Assembly (NCBI GenBank): GCA_000934665.2
Contig: KZ538124.1
Span: 1-64,000, forward strand
From: Catajapyx aquilonaris
Taxonomy: Eukaryota
Length of the DNA stretch: 64,000 nucleotides
Direction of reading: 5' to 3'
Shown: positions 25,480-36,903 of the stretch, in pieces
How positions within the stretch are numbered: position 1 is the stretch's first letter
Layout of the letters: each line of letters starts with the position of its first letter
Position numbers and translations under genes: made by a program
Notes under the pieces: model-generated
What the model was told of the DNA's origin: nothing
Database searches by the model: none
Seen by the model: only the letters and a program-made list of their open reading frames with translations

Positions 25480-25504
25480 CCCCCCCCCCCCCCCCCCCCC
25501 CCCC
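25480..25504. repeat. C25 homopolymer (G25 on the sense strand of the putative 5'UTR intron of paralog B)
   Basis: Uninterrupted run of C. Confidence 0.9.
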
Positions 25505-27300
25505 ACTCCACCCTCGCAATTTCAATTGCCTTTCTCGGGAGTCGGAGGAAAGTGCACTTACACCTTCATCACGCTTAACGTTGGGAAAATTAGTCCCACT
25601 GTGTCATTTTAACTCCCTCTGAGTGACTCTTATAGCGCTTGTCCTGCTGCTGAAATCTACGAGCATTTTCCGGAGCACATGATATTCAGCTGCTATTTCC
25701 GAATATTTATTGTGACTTTCATTGGTGCGGCAAAGAGGATTGGCTTTGACGCAAAGTGTTAGGTGCTAATCTTAAGCCGGAATAAATATGATTCATCTTA
25801 AGTTTCTCTCAGATTGGAACAAGTCCACTGGTTCACACATGTTCATCCAACCTAACATTATTATTTACAAAAAAAATAACTGATCCAAATATGATGCTAA
25901 AAATGTATATGAAATATTATGCTCTTTATAATACGGAACCAAAACAAATATTTTGCGAAGAGCAAGTTTCTGTTGAAACCAATTTCCGTTACAGAGAAGT
26001 TTTCCTTATTGCATTATTCAGGAATTGCATTGAACTATTGCCTCACACGGATAAATTTGGTTACATACTATCACATTGTACTGTATACGCGAGGTATTAC
26101 AAATTCTTTGAGTTCTTCCTCGTGGGGCAGATCATCTTTGCAATTACGGTTAGTCGTCATATTTGAGCAAACGATGTGAATTTGGAGATCATAGTAATGC
26201 ATCATTTTTGTTATAATAATGGTGATGAGCTGATCGTTTATGATAAAATCTCGTGTTGCATGCAATGAATTTGGCATGCATTTTCCCGCAGTTAGCAAGC
26301 CACAGTGATGAAAGCCTCATAATGACGCTAGTGACGTCTTTTAGTAAACTCGATTCCACACATATTCGCATTTTATATATTTGCCAGGTCATACTCTCTC
26401 AGAAACTTTCTCATTCTCACGCTATGTGAGCAACAATCATAAAAAGCAACTAACTTGCGATGATGAATCATAAGATTTTGAAACATTTAACGAGATGACC
26501 AAGCATGTATAGAACTGGTTGGAAATGTTCTCTATGTTAAATTCAGCCCATGAACTGTAATTACGCCAATGACTATGCATAATATTTTGTTCTCAAGCCG
26601 ATCACGTAAGGTAATTCATTCGTATTACATTCACTAGCCCTGGAATGAATAATAAGTTTGATAATATATTAATACGAAGAAAGCATTTTCCGGTTGATGT
26701 GCTGCAGCAATATGTTCTTACTATCACAAATCCATATTATGTACTATGAATAAACCTTACTCAAATATGCTATGGATAGTTAATACATATGCCACACTTT
26801 CCACATTTACATTTTACGTAAAGTTGTTTCAAGTACGGTGAATATTTACTTGCTTACTAAGCCTGTTTTTCTGGGTATTTTCTTCTCCTGCGTAGCAAGG
26901 CAGGTGTAATTAAAATAATACTGTACATATCACCTTAGTAGCAAGCATTGCGCAATGACACCTAGAGACATGATTGTGGTGATGTATAAACTATGCACCT
27001 TGACATATCTATGATAAAGTACCAGGCGTGATGGAAACAGTGAGGTAGGTCAGTGTCCTAGTCACGTACTTCAACCAGAAGGACAAGTCTGACAAGTTTT
27101 CAGTACATGAATAACTATTATCCTAGGTCACGTACACATCCCCACAAGTCGGAATATTCCAATAGAAATTTCTCGTCGTAAAAGAAATCCAGTCATCAGA
27201 CCTTGGCAACCGGCTTACTGCAATATACAGTACAGAGATGGCGTGTTTATACAGCAATAACGACTATAAACCACATAAGAGTAGATTAATTAAATTGGGA

Positions 27301-27349
27301 CTCACCTGTGTGATGCTGCTTGTGTATGTTGCCAGCAGTCTTGTACTGA
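27301..27349 (-). promoter_or_regulatory. Candidate short non-coding upstream exon of paralog B
   Basis: Minus strand TCAGT (27349-27345; Inr-like, but also readable as an acceptor tttcttcag|t), about 40 nt without ATG, then consensus donor cag|gtgagt at 27306/27305. Confidence 0.5.
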
Positions 27350-30300
27350 AGAAAGTGTGTGTGTGAGGACAGGAGATCCCAGACGAACTTTCTCTTTTCG
27401 GTTCATTCACGCCTTCTTGGTCACAGTTACGCAACGAGAAAGTACATTCGATGCTAGGGACACATCCGCGTGGCTCTCTTTCTTTTTCTTCTTCAATGTT
27501 TGGTTGGTTTGTTAGCTGTGTTTTAAGCTCACTAGGTCAGCAGATGCCTGTGGAGTAACCCGGCTGTTGCCACCTGTCGTATGATAATAATTACAGGATT
27601 CTAATGGCACAAAAAAATACTTCCTTTCCGTGCATAGCAATCACAGTTTTTCTACCTGCCATAAAGGCTAAATATTTTTCACACAGTCATATTGCAAACA
27701 TTGTCACGCTACCATATGGTAAATGTGTACTATAATGTTGTATGGTCGAAACGACAGTGCACGACACAAGTAAACAAAAAAGTTGCATGCAGCTTTACAA
27801 CTTATGATGAAAAAAGGCCTCATTATTTCCAACTCCATCACTGCAATATGCGCATAATAAGTCGATCCTTCAACAATGCTCCCAATTTGTGCATTCCAGT
27901 CCCTGCTCCACAGTCGCATCCGATTCTTGAAACAATAAGAGAATCCGGCTTTTGCTCCATGCAGCAATTATTACACCAGCATTATACATTTTTTGCAGTC
28001 TTCGCGTCTGCTGCATTGGCTCTGATGATTGGGGAGACCCAACCCCTGCATTGCTCCAGTTCAATTACGAATTTCCCAGCGTCATTTCCCTGCCTTCAAA
28101 TCCCCGGTAGTAATCAACTAAGAGATGAGATCTCTTTGAGCGCATTGAATTTGATTTGGAAGCAACGCGATCAAGTCGGCCTCCTTTTCTTCGGCACAGA
28201 ATCTATTACATATCTCAGAGGGCATTATGAGCATTTTCGTTCTGTTGCAAAACGGCTTGCAAGGCCAGGAAAAGATAAGTAGGTTTAGACTCTATAATGA
28301 GGCTATTAACTGTTAGTAAGCAGTTTCAAGCCGTCCTGCATAAACAGATTTAGAAAATACTTGGATACATTTTATCGGTCTGGACCAAAAATGGCGGCAC
28401 TCACACGATTCCGCCGCACTCTTTATAAACCCTCTGGAAATTCGCATGTTTCTTGCATCGAAAATGTTTCCTGTTTGATCAGCCAGATGGTAAAAACCGA
28501 GTTTCCAAACTTTATTTTACGAACAGAGAACAATCGGTATTCAGAAACTTGCGAGTTCAGAACATCACAAGGTACAGTACTGCATTGTATTAAATCCGCG
28601 GTAATCTTTCAAAATACGTGTACATTCAAATCCAGAAGCGGGCAGATTATGGCTTTTCTCTCCTAGGAAAATAATATAAGGGAGCTCAAGACACGCAGAA
28701 GATTATTATAATTACTTGGAAGGATTGTTTGAAATTTCATGTTGATTGCATGAAAAGGAAATGAGATTTTCAGAAAAGGAAATTTTCTCATTCAAAAAGG
28801 GATAGTAAGCTGTATTAAGCATATTTTGCTTTGGAGTATGCCAACATTTACAATAACTTTGATAAGTTTCCGGAGGGGGAGATGTATTCACAGGACGTGA
28901 AAAGACGAAATCTCTCTCTCTCTCTGAGCAAACTGTTGTGTCTTCCGGAACAGTGGATTTCAGAATGAAAAGAACTGGTTGCTTTGAGCAATTTTGTGCT
29001 GCATCTTCCAGCCTCCAAGCCTTTGAAACCGAGTTACCATAGCAACATCAGCGTGTCTTGTAAGCATAAGAAACTGCTGGGGATGGAAGGGGGGGGGGAG
29101 AGGAGGTCACTGGACTACTTACAGCAGTGGTTTTTGGGCGGTTTTTTGTTTTCCAGTGTACATAAAAAGGGCTCGCCTTCTTCCTACATTTCCTTTCATC
29201 AAAGTTCAGATGTTGGATGAAAATTCTCGGAAAAAGATTGTCAAGACGCTTCTACAACATCATTTGGTGAAATATATGTAATGTATAGCATCTAAAGAAA
29301 ATTGTGCTAAAAACTGAATATTGTTTCCAGCTCATAAAACCGAAAGCATTAACCGACCTTATCGCAACACCTTGCGAATTAATGTTTTTTTTGTATTCTC
29401 TACCTGTTGAGATGAATGGTTTGTCTTAAGCCAACAAAAAATACGACCTTTCACGCGCATCTGTACATTGAAAGCGTCCTTGACTTTGCACAGTAAATTG
29501 CCCTTGGCCTATTACCCGACTAAAAATTCTCGGGATTCACGTGCCTGTCCTCAACCTTGTCCAGTGTGTGTCCTTTCTGCATGTTGCGGTTTACGTGATG
29601 CTGCAACGTATGGGAAAACGCATCACAACCGCTTGTGTCCTGTTATAAAAAAGAGTCATACTAGTTGAGTTAGGCTTACATACGCGGCTGCTTTTGGCAA
29701 CATAGTGTTGCAACAGATCCATTTGCAATAAATATGCCATTACGATCCATGACAATAATTTTAACACAAGTGACGAATGTTCTGGAACAACACGGTTGGA
29801 ATGTACGTGTAATATTATACGTAATGCAACACTAGCAATTTCTAAATAAGCTTAGTACTGTATAATATATAGACGGTTTCAAATAAGGAACATATTATTA
29901 AGTATATTCTTTGCATAAAATTATGTGCGGACGTTCATGCAATATACCGTTTGATGTACTGTATTAAGTTACTTCATAATCGCCATCATAATGTATAGTA
30001 CGTGTATAATCAAGAAAAAACTTAGCAGATGCTACCTGGCAATAGAAAAAAGTAATGTAACTTGCAAGGTGGGATCATTTGTGATCCCAACGGAACCTCA
30101 CCATGATTACAGCTATTTAGAGCATTACGAATTTCTAAAAGAAATACCACAAAGATAAAATACGTTTCAGGAGCACACAAAAGCATTTGGTTCTAGTCTA
30201 ATCGGGTTCTTGACAGCATTAATTTATTTTTATCGTAATAATTATTTAGGTCGCCAGTGACTACAAGCTAAGGGGTAACATCCCAAGTAGAATATTCCAG

Positions 30301-31730
30301 GAACGTGAAGTAATTGTTTTAAATATTTTATTGTAGTGATTAATGCTACGTGATTTTAAAAGTTGCGAATTGTTGACTAACACTGGAATTAATGGAATCA
30401 GGATATCCAAAATCATAGTTATCCATTCCATTATTCCCTATACAGAAGAGCCATTATTAATTTGTTATTATTTCATTTTTCAAAGGTGAAGTAGCTCTTC
30501 CGCAAAATTCCGGAACCGATTTAGCAAAATAATGAGAACTCATATTATTCTGCTAGTGGATGCTGACATTCATTTACTAACAAATTATGATATTTAACAA
30601 ACAATTCTCCAGTAGGCGTACGTACAGTACAGTCTATTATATATACCTTTCCTCTTTCGTAGTTCAGTCCTCAGTATAGAGTACAGTAAACCTATTAAAA
30701 TCCAGTACATGGCATACTTTTCAAAAATACTCAAATGTGAAATTGATTCTGTAAACATAGTTTATAGTGGCCTGTATAGTAAAATAGAGTAGAGAGTACA
30801 ATGTACTGTATAGTAGCCTACAGAGAATGACTGAAATAATCGATCAGTGACTTCCATCTACTGTATAATATAGATGGGGCGTTTTAAAAAATCTCATCTA
30901 TCCGAAAAAACTGCAAATGAATATTGAAAGTTGTGACACCTCATTCCGACCAGGGATGGTAAGTTATTATGCATCGTACGTAACCCTAACAATTAGCAAC
31001 GAATCAAAGACCGCAATAACACGAGTAATGGCGTCCCTTGGGTGTGACAAGTCGATAACATCAGGTTGCGCATAGGTGTGTCGCTTCATCATTTCATGCC
31101 AGGAAGTGACGCCACGAAACGTCAATGCTCATTATCTTTTTAAAGGCGCTTCGGATCCATAAAACCAATTACTGTACCAAGGCTTGGCAAGGAAGATGGG
31201 TGTGCGGGCAGATTAAATGTGATTTTTCACACCACCATAGTGCACAGATTATTGTTCTTGTCCATCCACTTTTAATTGCGCTCATCACTTTGGAATTGAT
31301 TTTCTTTGCGATTAATAGAGGTTTGCAGGTTACATACGTATAACATGCCAGATCATATTGCTTCTGTTTAGATTTTTTATTTATAGGTTGTACAGTGTGT
31401 GCTGGTGGCTTTGGCCTATTTCGTAATAATACACATTGTTCACCGTTCATCAACTATTTATTTACTTTCCCATGCAGTAGCCTACATTGGCACTTGGTTT
31501 ACAGCATCGCATAATTAGAATACTGACACGTCTCTCATGGAGAGAAATATTCACCTTTTCACAATTACTAGATAATTATATTATAAGGTATACACACAGA
31601 TTACAATATAATGATATATGCATTACTTCAATTGCTCAGAAAAAATCAGCAGGCTACATGACACGTCATTTTAATGGACAACTAATCTTTTCTATAAAGT
31701 CTAGATATTCATTGAATTTAAGTTTATAGG

Positions 31731-31736
31731 TTTATT
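31731..31736 (-). terminator. Candidate poly(A) signal of paralog C
   Basis: Nearest minus-strand AATAAA I found downstream of the stop at 32605 (about 870 nt away). Confidence 0.3.
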
Positions 31737-32407
31737 TCTAGAACATTACGTTGCCACAATAAAAACATTCTCAAATCCCTATTCTTTCCCACCGATGCTA
31801 TGTCTGCAGTTTAAAATATGGAACTTATGCAGTTTCCCCCTTACAGTATTATTATGTGAATCCTGCCAAACCACTAATCAGTCTTGACATATCGTAGATA
31901 AGTTTATCTAAAGAATGATGACTTTTCAGTCTGAGGGACAAGTGCTTCAAAAGCACTGCAGTACTTTGGCAGCAAACAGTAATTACGCGATATTATTGCA
32001 CTGGATATGGCTATCAGAATTTGACTGAAAAGCTCGTTTTCTGACACACGACACTTTGATCTAAGTGTGTTGGAACACCTGATACACTATGCATATAGAA
32101 ATATTATACAGTCATAATATATATTGCAGATATATCATATCGCAACTGACAGTGAGTTGAACCAAAAATGCAAACGTCGCTTTAGCAACAGAGCATTTGC
32201 TTATAAGAGTCAACACTAAGATTTCAGGAGCCGTTTGAGAGTCATTGCTATAACTTGCTTTGCTTTTATAAAATAATCACGAAGTATACATTTCCAAGAA
32301 ATGACCCATCATCTTCGTCTCTACAGCGATGAAGCTGACATTCCATACTTGTACATTCTGTTCCAATTGAATCTCCATAGAAATTAGTGATTTTCATACA
32401 AAGCTCC

Positions 32408-32459
<52 letters not shown>
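32408..32459. repeat. (TAT)17 microsatellite, probably in the 3'UTR of paralog C
   Basis: Perfect trinucleotide run about 150 nt downstream of the stop codon. Confidence 0.95.
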
Positions 32460-32604
32460 GGATGTTTAAATGTCAAGTCAAGGCTTGGAAAAACGGGTCT
32501 AACAATTCACTCTAAAAACATTTCCAGAGCAATACACTGGCAATACAGCAACAGAAGAAAGAATCTGGTTTACAATCATATAAAACACCCGAAAAATATT
32601 GAGC

Positions 32605-33963
32605 TTATCCTCTCTTGTGAACGTCTCTAGGTGCTGCATTTGGAGTAGTACGAGCCAGCTGTCTAAAACAACCCGTGAACAACTCCCAGATGGTGTACAC
32701 TTTGAAATTCACCCCAAACTCCTTGCAGGTGCGATGCAACACGGGGTACAGCAATGGCAGCTTGCTGTGGTCAACAGTCGGAAAGAGGTGGTGCAGGAAG
32801 TGGTGTCCGAATGAAACGGCCACAAGGAAGAAGGAGGTGTTGGTCTCCTTCCTGTCCCTGACCGCGTCGTACTGGTGCAGCCCCCAGTCCATGTCCTTCC
32901 GATGCTCGTCTCCTGTGTGGTAAATGTCCGGGTGATGATGCGCCGCAGTCAGGCCGATCATTATGAAGAGATAGCAGTAGGTCAAGTGAAAGAGGGCCCA
33001 AAGCTGGAAGCCCAGAAATGCTGTTTTGCACAGTGATATCATAACAGCCAGTTCAACAAACACCAAGAGATGGTACCACCGACGCGGGTATGTGCCTCGA
33101 GCCATACCGACTAGTTTCATCAGGTATGTGTACACCATCGGTACAGGCCCCAGATGTACCAGCACAATCGGAGCAAACTTCTTCACCCATCCTTTCAGCA
33201 CAGTCTGAAACATCAAATGCGGTTCAACAATGGCCATCTCCCAGTCCCAAACAGTGTTTGGAAACATGTGGTGACTCAACGCATGGGTCACTCTAAAATC
33301 CCAGTGCGATTGGAAAGTCAGATCACACAGATACATCCGCCAGTTGTCTCTCTGGTGCAGGAAGTTGTGCGAGCTGTTCATGTTGAACGTTAAGAAGATT
33401 CCGGCCACAATGGCCAGAATGTACGAGCCAAACCAGGCGGATGACACGGCTGAGATGACAAACGCGGCTAGGAACGCGTCTTGCAGCCTTTTGGATGCGG
33501 TGCTTGGTCCAGGTTCGGCATTTTTTAGTACGTCGCCCACCCTCTTCTTCAGAGTCATGTAAAATCCCTCCTTGTTGAATGTGAATGGGGAGTTTCTGGG
33601 TGTGGATGCGTCTCTCTTGTAGTACTTGCTTAGAAGTGTCTCGGGCGCTTTGCTGAGATGGCTGGCCTCAAACGCTTCAGTGATGTCCGTTCCTTTGGTT
33701 ATGTTCAGCCAATCCTTCCCGCCCGGATGCTTCCCAACGAACTCTGTGAAATCGTAGAGCTTCCCGTGGATCCTCCAAAGGCCATCTGCTCCGTCGTCTG
33801 TCCTCTTGCTTTTCAGCCACATCACCAGAGACTTTGGCTCCATACCGCCGTCCCTGTGAAGTGGGTACCTCCGAAAACCGTCCCAGACTCCTTTGACTCC
33901 GGATCCGCGCTTCTTGCTGGAACCATCAGTCTGCTGCCTTCTATTCGATGAGTCTGGAGCCAT
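32605..33963 (-). CDS. Cyt-b5-r: Cytochrome b5-related protein, paralog C, 452 aa, intronless CDS
   Basis: LWRIHGKLYDFTEFVGKHPGG...GTDITEAFEASH. Boxes SHNFLH, HALSHH, AHHHPDIYHTGD, HHFLHHLFP. ATG in aaacATGg context. Confidence 0.93.
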   Translation of the reverse strand: MAPDSSNRRQQTDGSSKKRGSGVKGVWDGFRRYPLHRDGGMEPKSLVMWLKSKRTDDGADGLWRIHGKLYDFTEFVGKHPGGKDWLNITKGTDITEAFEASHLSKAPETLLSKYYKRDASTPRNSPFTFNKEGFYMTLKKRVGDVLKNAEPGPSTASKRLQDAFLAAFVISAVSSAWFGSYILAIVAGIFLTFNMNSSHNFLHQRDNWRMYLCDLTFQSHWDFRVTHALSHHMFPNTVWDWEMAIVEPHLMFQTVLKGWVKKFAPIVLVHLGPVPMVYTYLMKLVGMARGTYPRRWYHLLVFVELAVMISLCKTAFLGFQLWALFHLTYCYLFIMIGLTAAHHHPDIYHTGDEHRKDMDWGLHQYDAVRDRKETNTSFFLVAVSFGHHFLHHLFPTVDHSKLPLLYPVLHRTCKEFGVNFKVYTIWELFTGCFRQLARTTPNAAPRDVHKRG

Positions 33964-34012
33964 GTTTTCTCCTGCTTCAGTTCACCAGGACCATTGACCG
34001 TCGAAGGAATTC

Positions 34013-34032
34013 CTGCAAGTTGCGGGTATTAG
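34013..34032 (-). promoter_or_regulatory. 3' splice site of the 5'UTR intron of paralog C
   Basis: Minus strand ctaatacccgcaacttgcag|gaattc: branch-point-like CTAAT plus TGCAG|G, 49 nt upstream of the ATG. Confidence 0.65.
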
Positions 34033-35493
34033 TTCGGAATATGCCAATGCTCGATTTACAAAGTGATGTTTATCAAATGGCAAGGGGCTCAGAATCTATA
34101 CGAGTATTAAACACAAAAAACTACGGCTGCATTCATCAATATCAAGAAAACATTAGTCTCTGCACTACCCTACATTCTATCTTATCAATTGGTTTCAAGG
34201 TCTATATATTTTGAAAACTATGATTGTGTTTTTGACTCACTCGACTCTGCAAGTTATACCGTATAACAGGTCACTATTCCCAAAACACTTGTGAGGGTAG
34301 ACTAGGTAATATTAAACTGCGTAGTAAACATATGGTATACCAGATTAATCTACATCTGAAGTGGTCCAGTGGTACATTTTATCGCAGAACAGGGGTCAAC
34401 TTTCCAAGATAGCAGAAAAGTCCAAAGATAATAGTCAAACCTTTGAAACACATTATATTGTCTACTTACTCAATACTTTTAAAAGGATTATGTACAGTAA
34501 TAGTGTAACACACAATTTAAAATGTAGGCAAATATGTCATGCTATAGGATAAATCAATAGGCCTACAAGTTTTAATGACAGGTTCAAGAGAGAGAAATTC
34601 CACAAGGAAATAATACGCAAAAATTCGCAGTACTAGGCTACTCAGTTGAGGTTACTCAACATGCCTATTTGGCAGGCTTCGACTGCATCTTAGTTAGATT
34701 ACGAGAAACGGCACCTGCTTCACAAACCCAGATTTCTATATTATTATCAGGTTTTGCTAATAATTGTGTGGCAAACCATGTAGTTACAATCTACATTTCC
34801 TAGACAGACTAACGGCACCAAAGGCGGCCTCGTGCATGCAACTATTAGTGCTAGAGGCACTGCGGTTGATGCAGTGCAACTACTCGATCATAAGATACCA
34901 GGAGCTCCCATTTACTTGTTATTCCACGAAACTCCTTCACTATAGCTTTACCCGAGTATATTGTCATTAAGATATAAGTTATCTCTACAATATTCAGCCT
35001 GAAATAATAAAACTATTTTACATATCCATGCATAGCATACGTAAAAATGTAACGATGCTATCCATTTTTACTATACGATACGCAACCGTTTCCTGTCAGT
35101 TGCAGCACTGTATACACGAATCAGTTACACGTTGGCCTGAGCAGTTTGCCTCAGAATGATAAACGGCAAGGAAACATTGCTCAAACTTTAACATATGGAT
35201 GAATAATTGATGACCTTCTCAAGTCTTCCACCAAAACTCTGAGGCAAGCCAGCACCAGCCTGTATGCTGACTGGAGCCATTTGTTACTACATTTCCACGC
35301 ATTAAGTTACTCGGGATGGTGCCATTATATTTCTACATCACACATTACTAACACCTGCCCTTGTCAAATCACTCAATATGAACTAGTAGCAATAATACGC
35401 CTTACGCTGAGTAATTATTTGCAAAAACATTACAAAATTGCAAAGATGTCTGCCCTGGGGGGTGTTATTTTGCAATAAATAAATTGAGCTAGT

Positions 35494-35536
35494 ACTTACT
35501 GGTGTTGATGCAGCTCTTCGTCCTCAACCTTACTGA
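35494..35536 (-). promoter_or_regulatory. Candidate initiator and non-coding first exon of paralog C
   Basis: Minus strand TCAGT (35536-35532), a 35-nt exon, then donor cca|gtaagt at 35500/35499. Confidence 0.5.
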
Positions 35537-36816
35537 CACATCCTGATTGGCATGGAGGAATGGTGGGTATTGGTCTGGGTGAAGCGTTTCGAGCCTTATC
35601 GTGCTTGGCCTTGTACCCAATGCTCCTTTTCTTTTTTATGCGCTATGTAACCGCTTACTCCTCGCGCTAAGGTGAAATTATATTTTCCAGGAACATACGG
35701 TACGCCTCGCATGTATTTTTTTTTTTTAAATACGACATGTACAATATTACAGCATAAAAATATTGGTCGTGGCAGATTGCTTCGAAATAGCCGTGAGTTG
35801 TGTGACTAATATTTTATTATTGGAATATATAGCGGAAATAGCATATTTGTTTTTTCTTCTTCAATTTTTAGAGGCCAAGTGTTTTCAGTGAGGTAGTTTG
35901 TCTTGTTTACACTAAAATAGCTACGGAGTGGCCACTGAGCGTTTCCTTCATCATCAATGCATGGCGGAAATGGACATTGTTAGCGGTCCATTGGGATTCA
36001 CGAGCAGTGTAGTTAGACTGGTACACCTGAAGGCGTACAGGGCTGGAACACAAAGGCAACAAAGGTCTATTGTGAATTCTCAATACCGAGTATAAACACT
36101 ACAGTATGTGCTGGTAATGTAACTAGAGTACAGAGGCAGTAGATGCTTGGCATGGGGCCTTCATTATGGTCTGGTCGCCGTAACTCTGACACAGGAAGTT
36201 GATGGGAGAATTTGGTGGACGTCAGATATGGAGAATAAAGAGAAGAGTTTATTTAAAATGTTAATAAAACACTTTGGTGGGCTTAGAGTAAAATTGTGTA
36301 AAGGTTTACAGTACATTGTGAATTACTTATAATGCGGGGCACAGAGACTCTCGAGGATGGTTGAAAATTCACTTAGAATATTATGGCTGTCATTTTATTA
36401 CAACTTTAGGCATGTGTACAAACCGATCGTTTACAATATGTTATACTCCCAGCTTGAGTTGTTGTGAGAGATATTTCCAACAGTAGTAACATTGATTATT
36501 CTCAATCTTTCAATTCCAACAGTGCTCTATACTGCACTAGAATATGCAACCGCCTTGAATATTTTGCATTATGTAACAGAAGTGCACTGAAAGTGCTTTT
36601 TCATTCTAAACTTGGAAAAAATAATTTATTATGTGACTCAAGCAGTATTGCTTGACTGAAAGGGAAAAACACTCAAGGTTTAACGGATGTTAGGCCTATT
36701 CACATTTCGCAATATTAGTGCAACTTGGCGCAAGCTAACAAGCAAAAAAAAATCATATTTTGCAACTTATATTGAGCCTGCATCTTCTCCCTGCATACTA
36801 TAACATTGACAACAGG

Positions 36817-36903
36817 CACGTGGTGCACTTCGCGGATATTACGACATTATTTAAAATGCCACATGCTGCATTATCACGTGTTAGAACCACCCTGTCCCAC
36901 GTG
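36817..36903. promoter_or_regulatory. Cluster of three canonical E-boxes (CACGTG)
   Basis: CACGTG at 36817, 36875 and 36898, plus CACATG at 36860, about 1.3 kb upstream of the putative start of paralog C. Confidence 0.4.

Noticed and set aside
30061..30280. Possible piggyBac-type relic (gggatca...tgatccc palindrome and aaggggtaa end)
   Set aside because: The ends do not form a convincing inverted repeat and there is no intact TTAA duplication.
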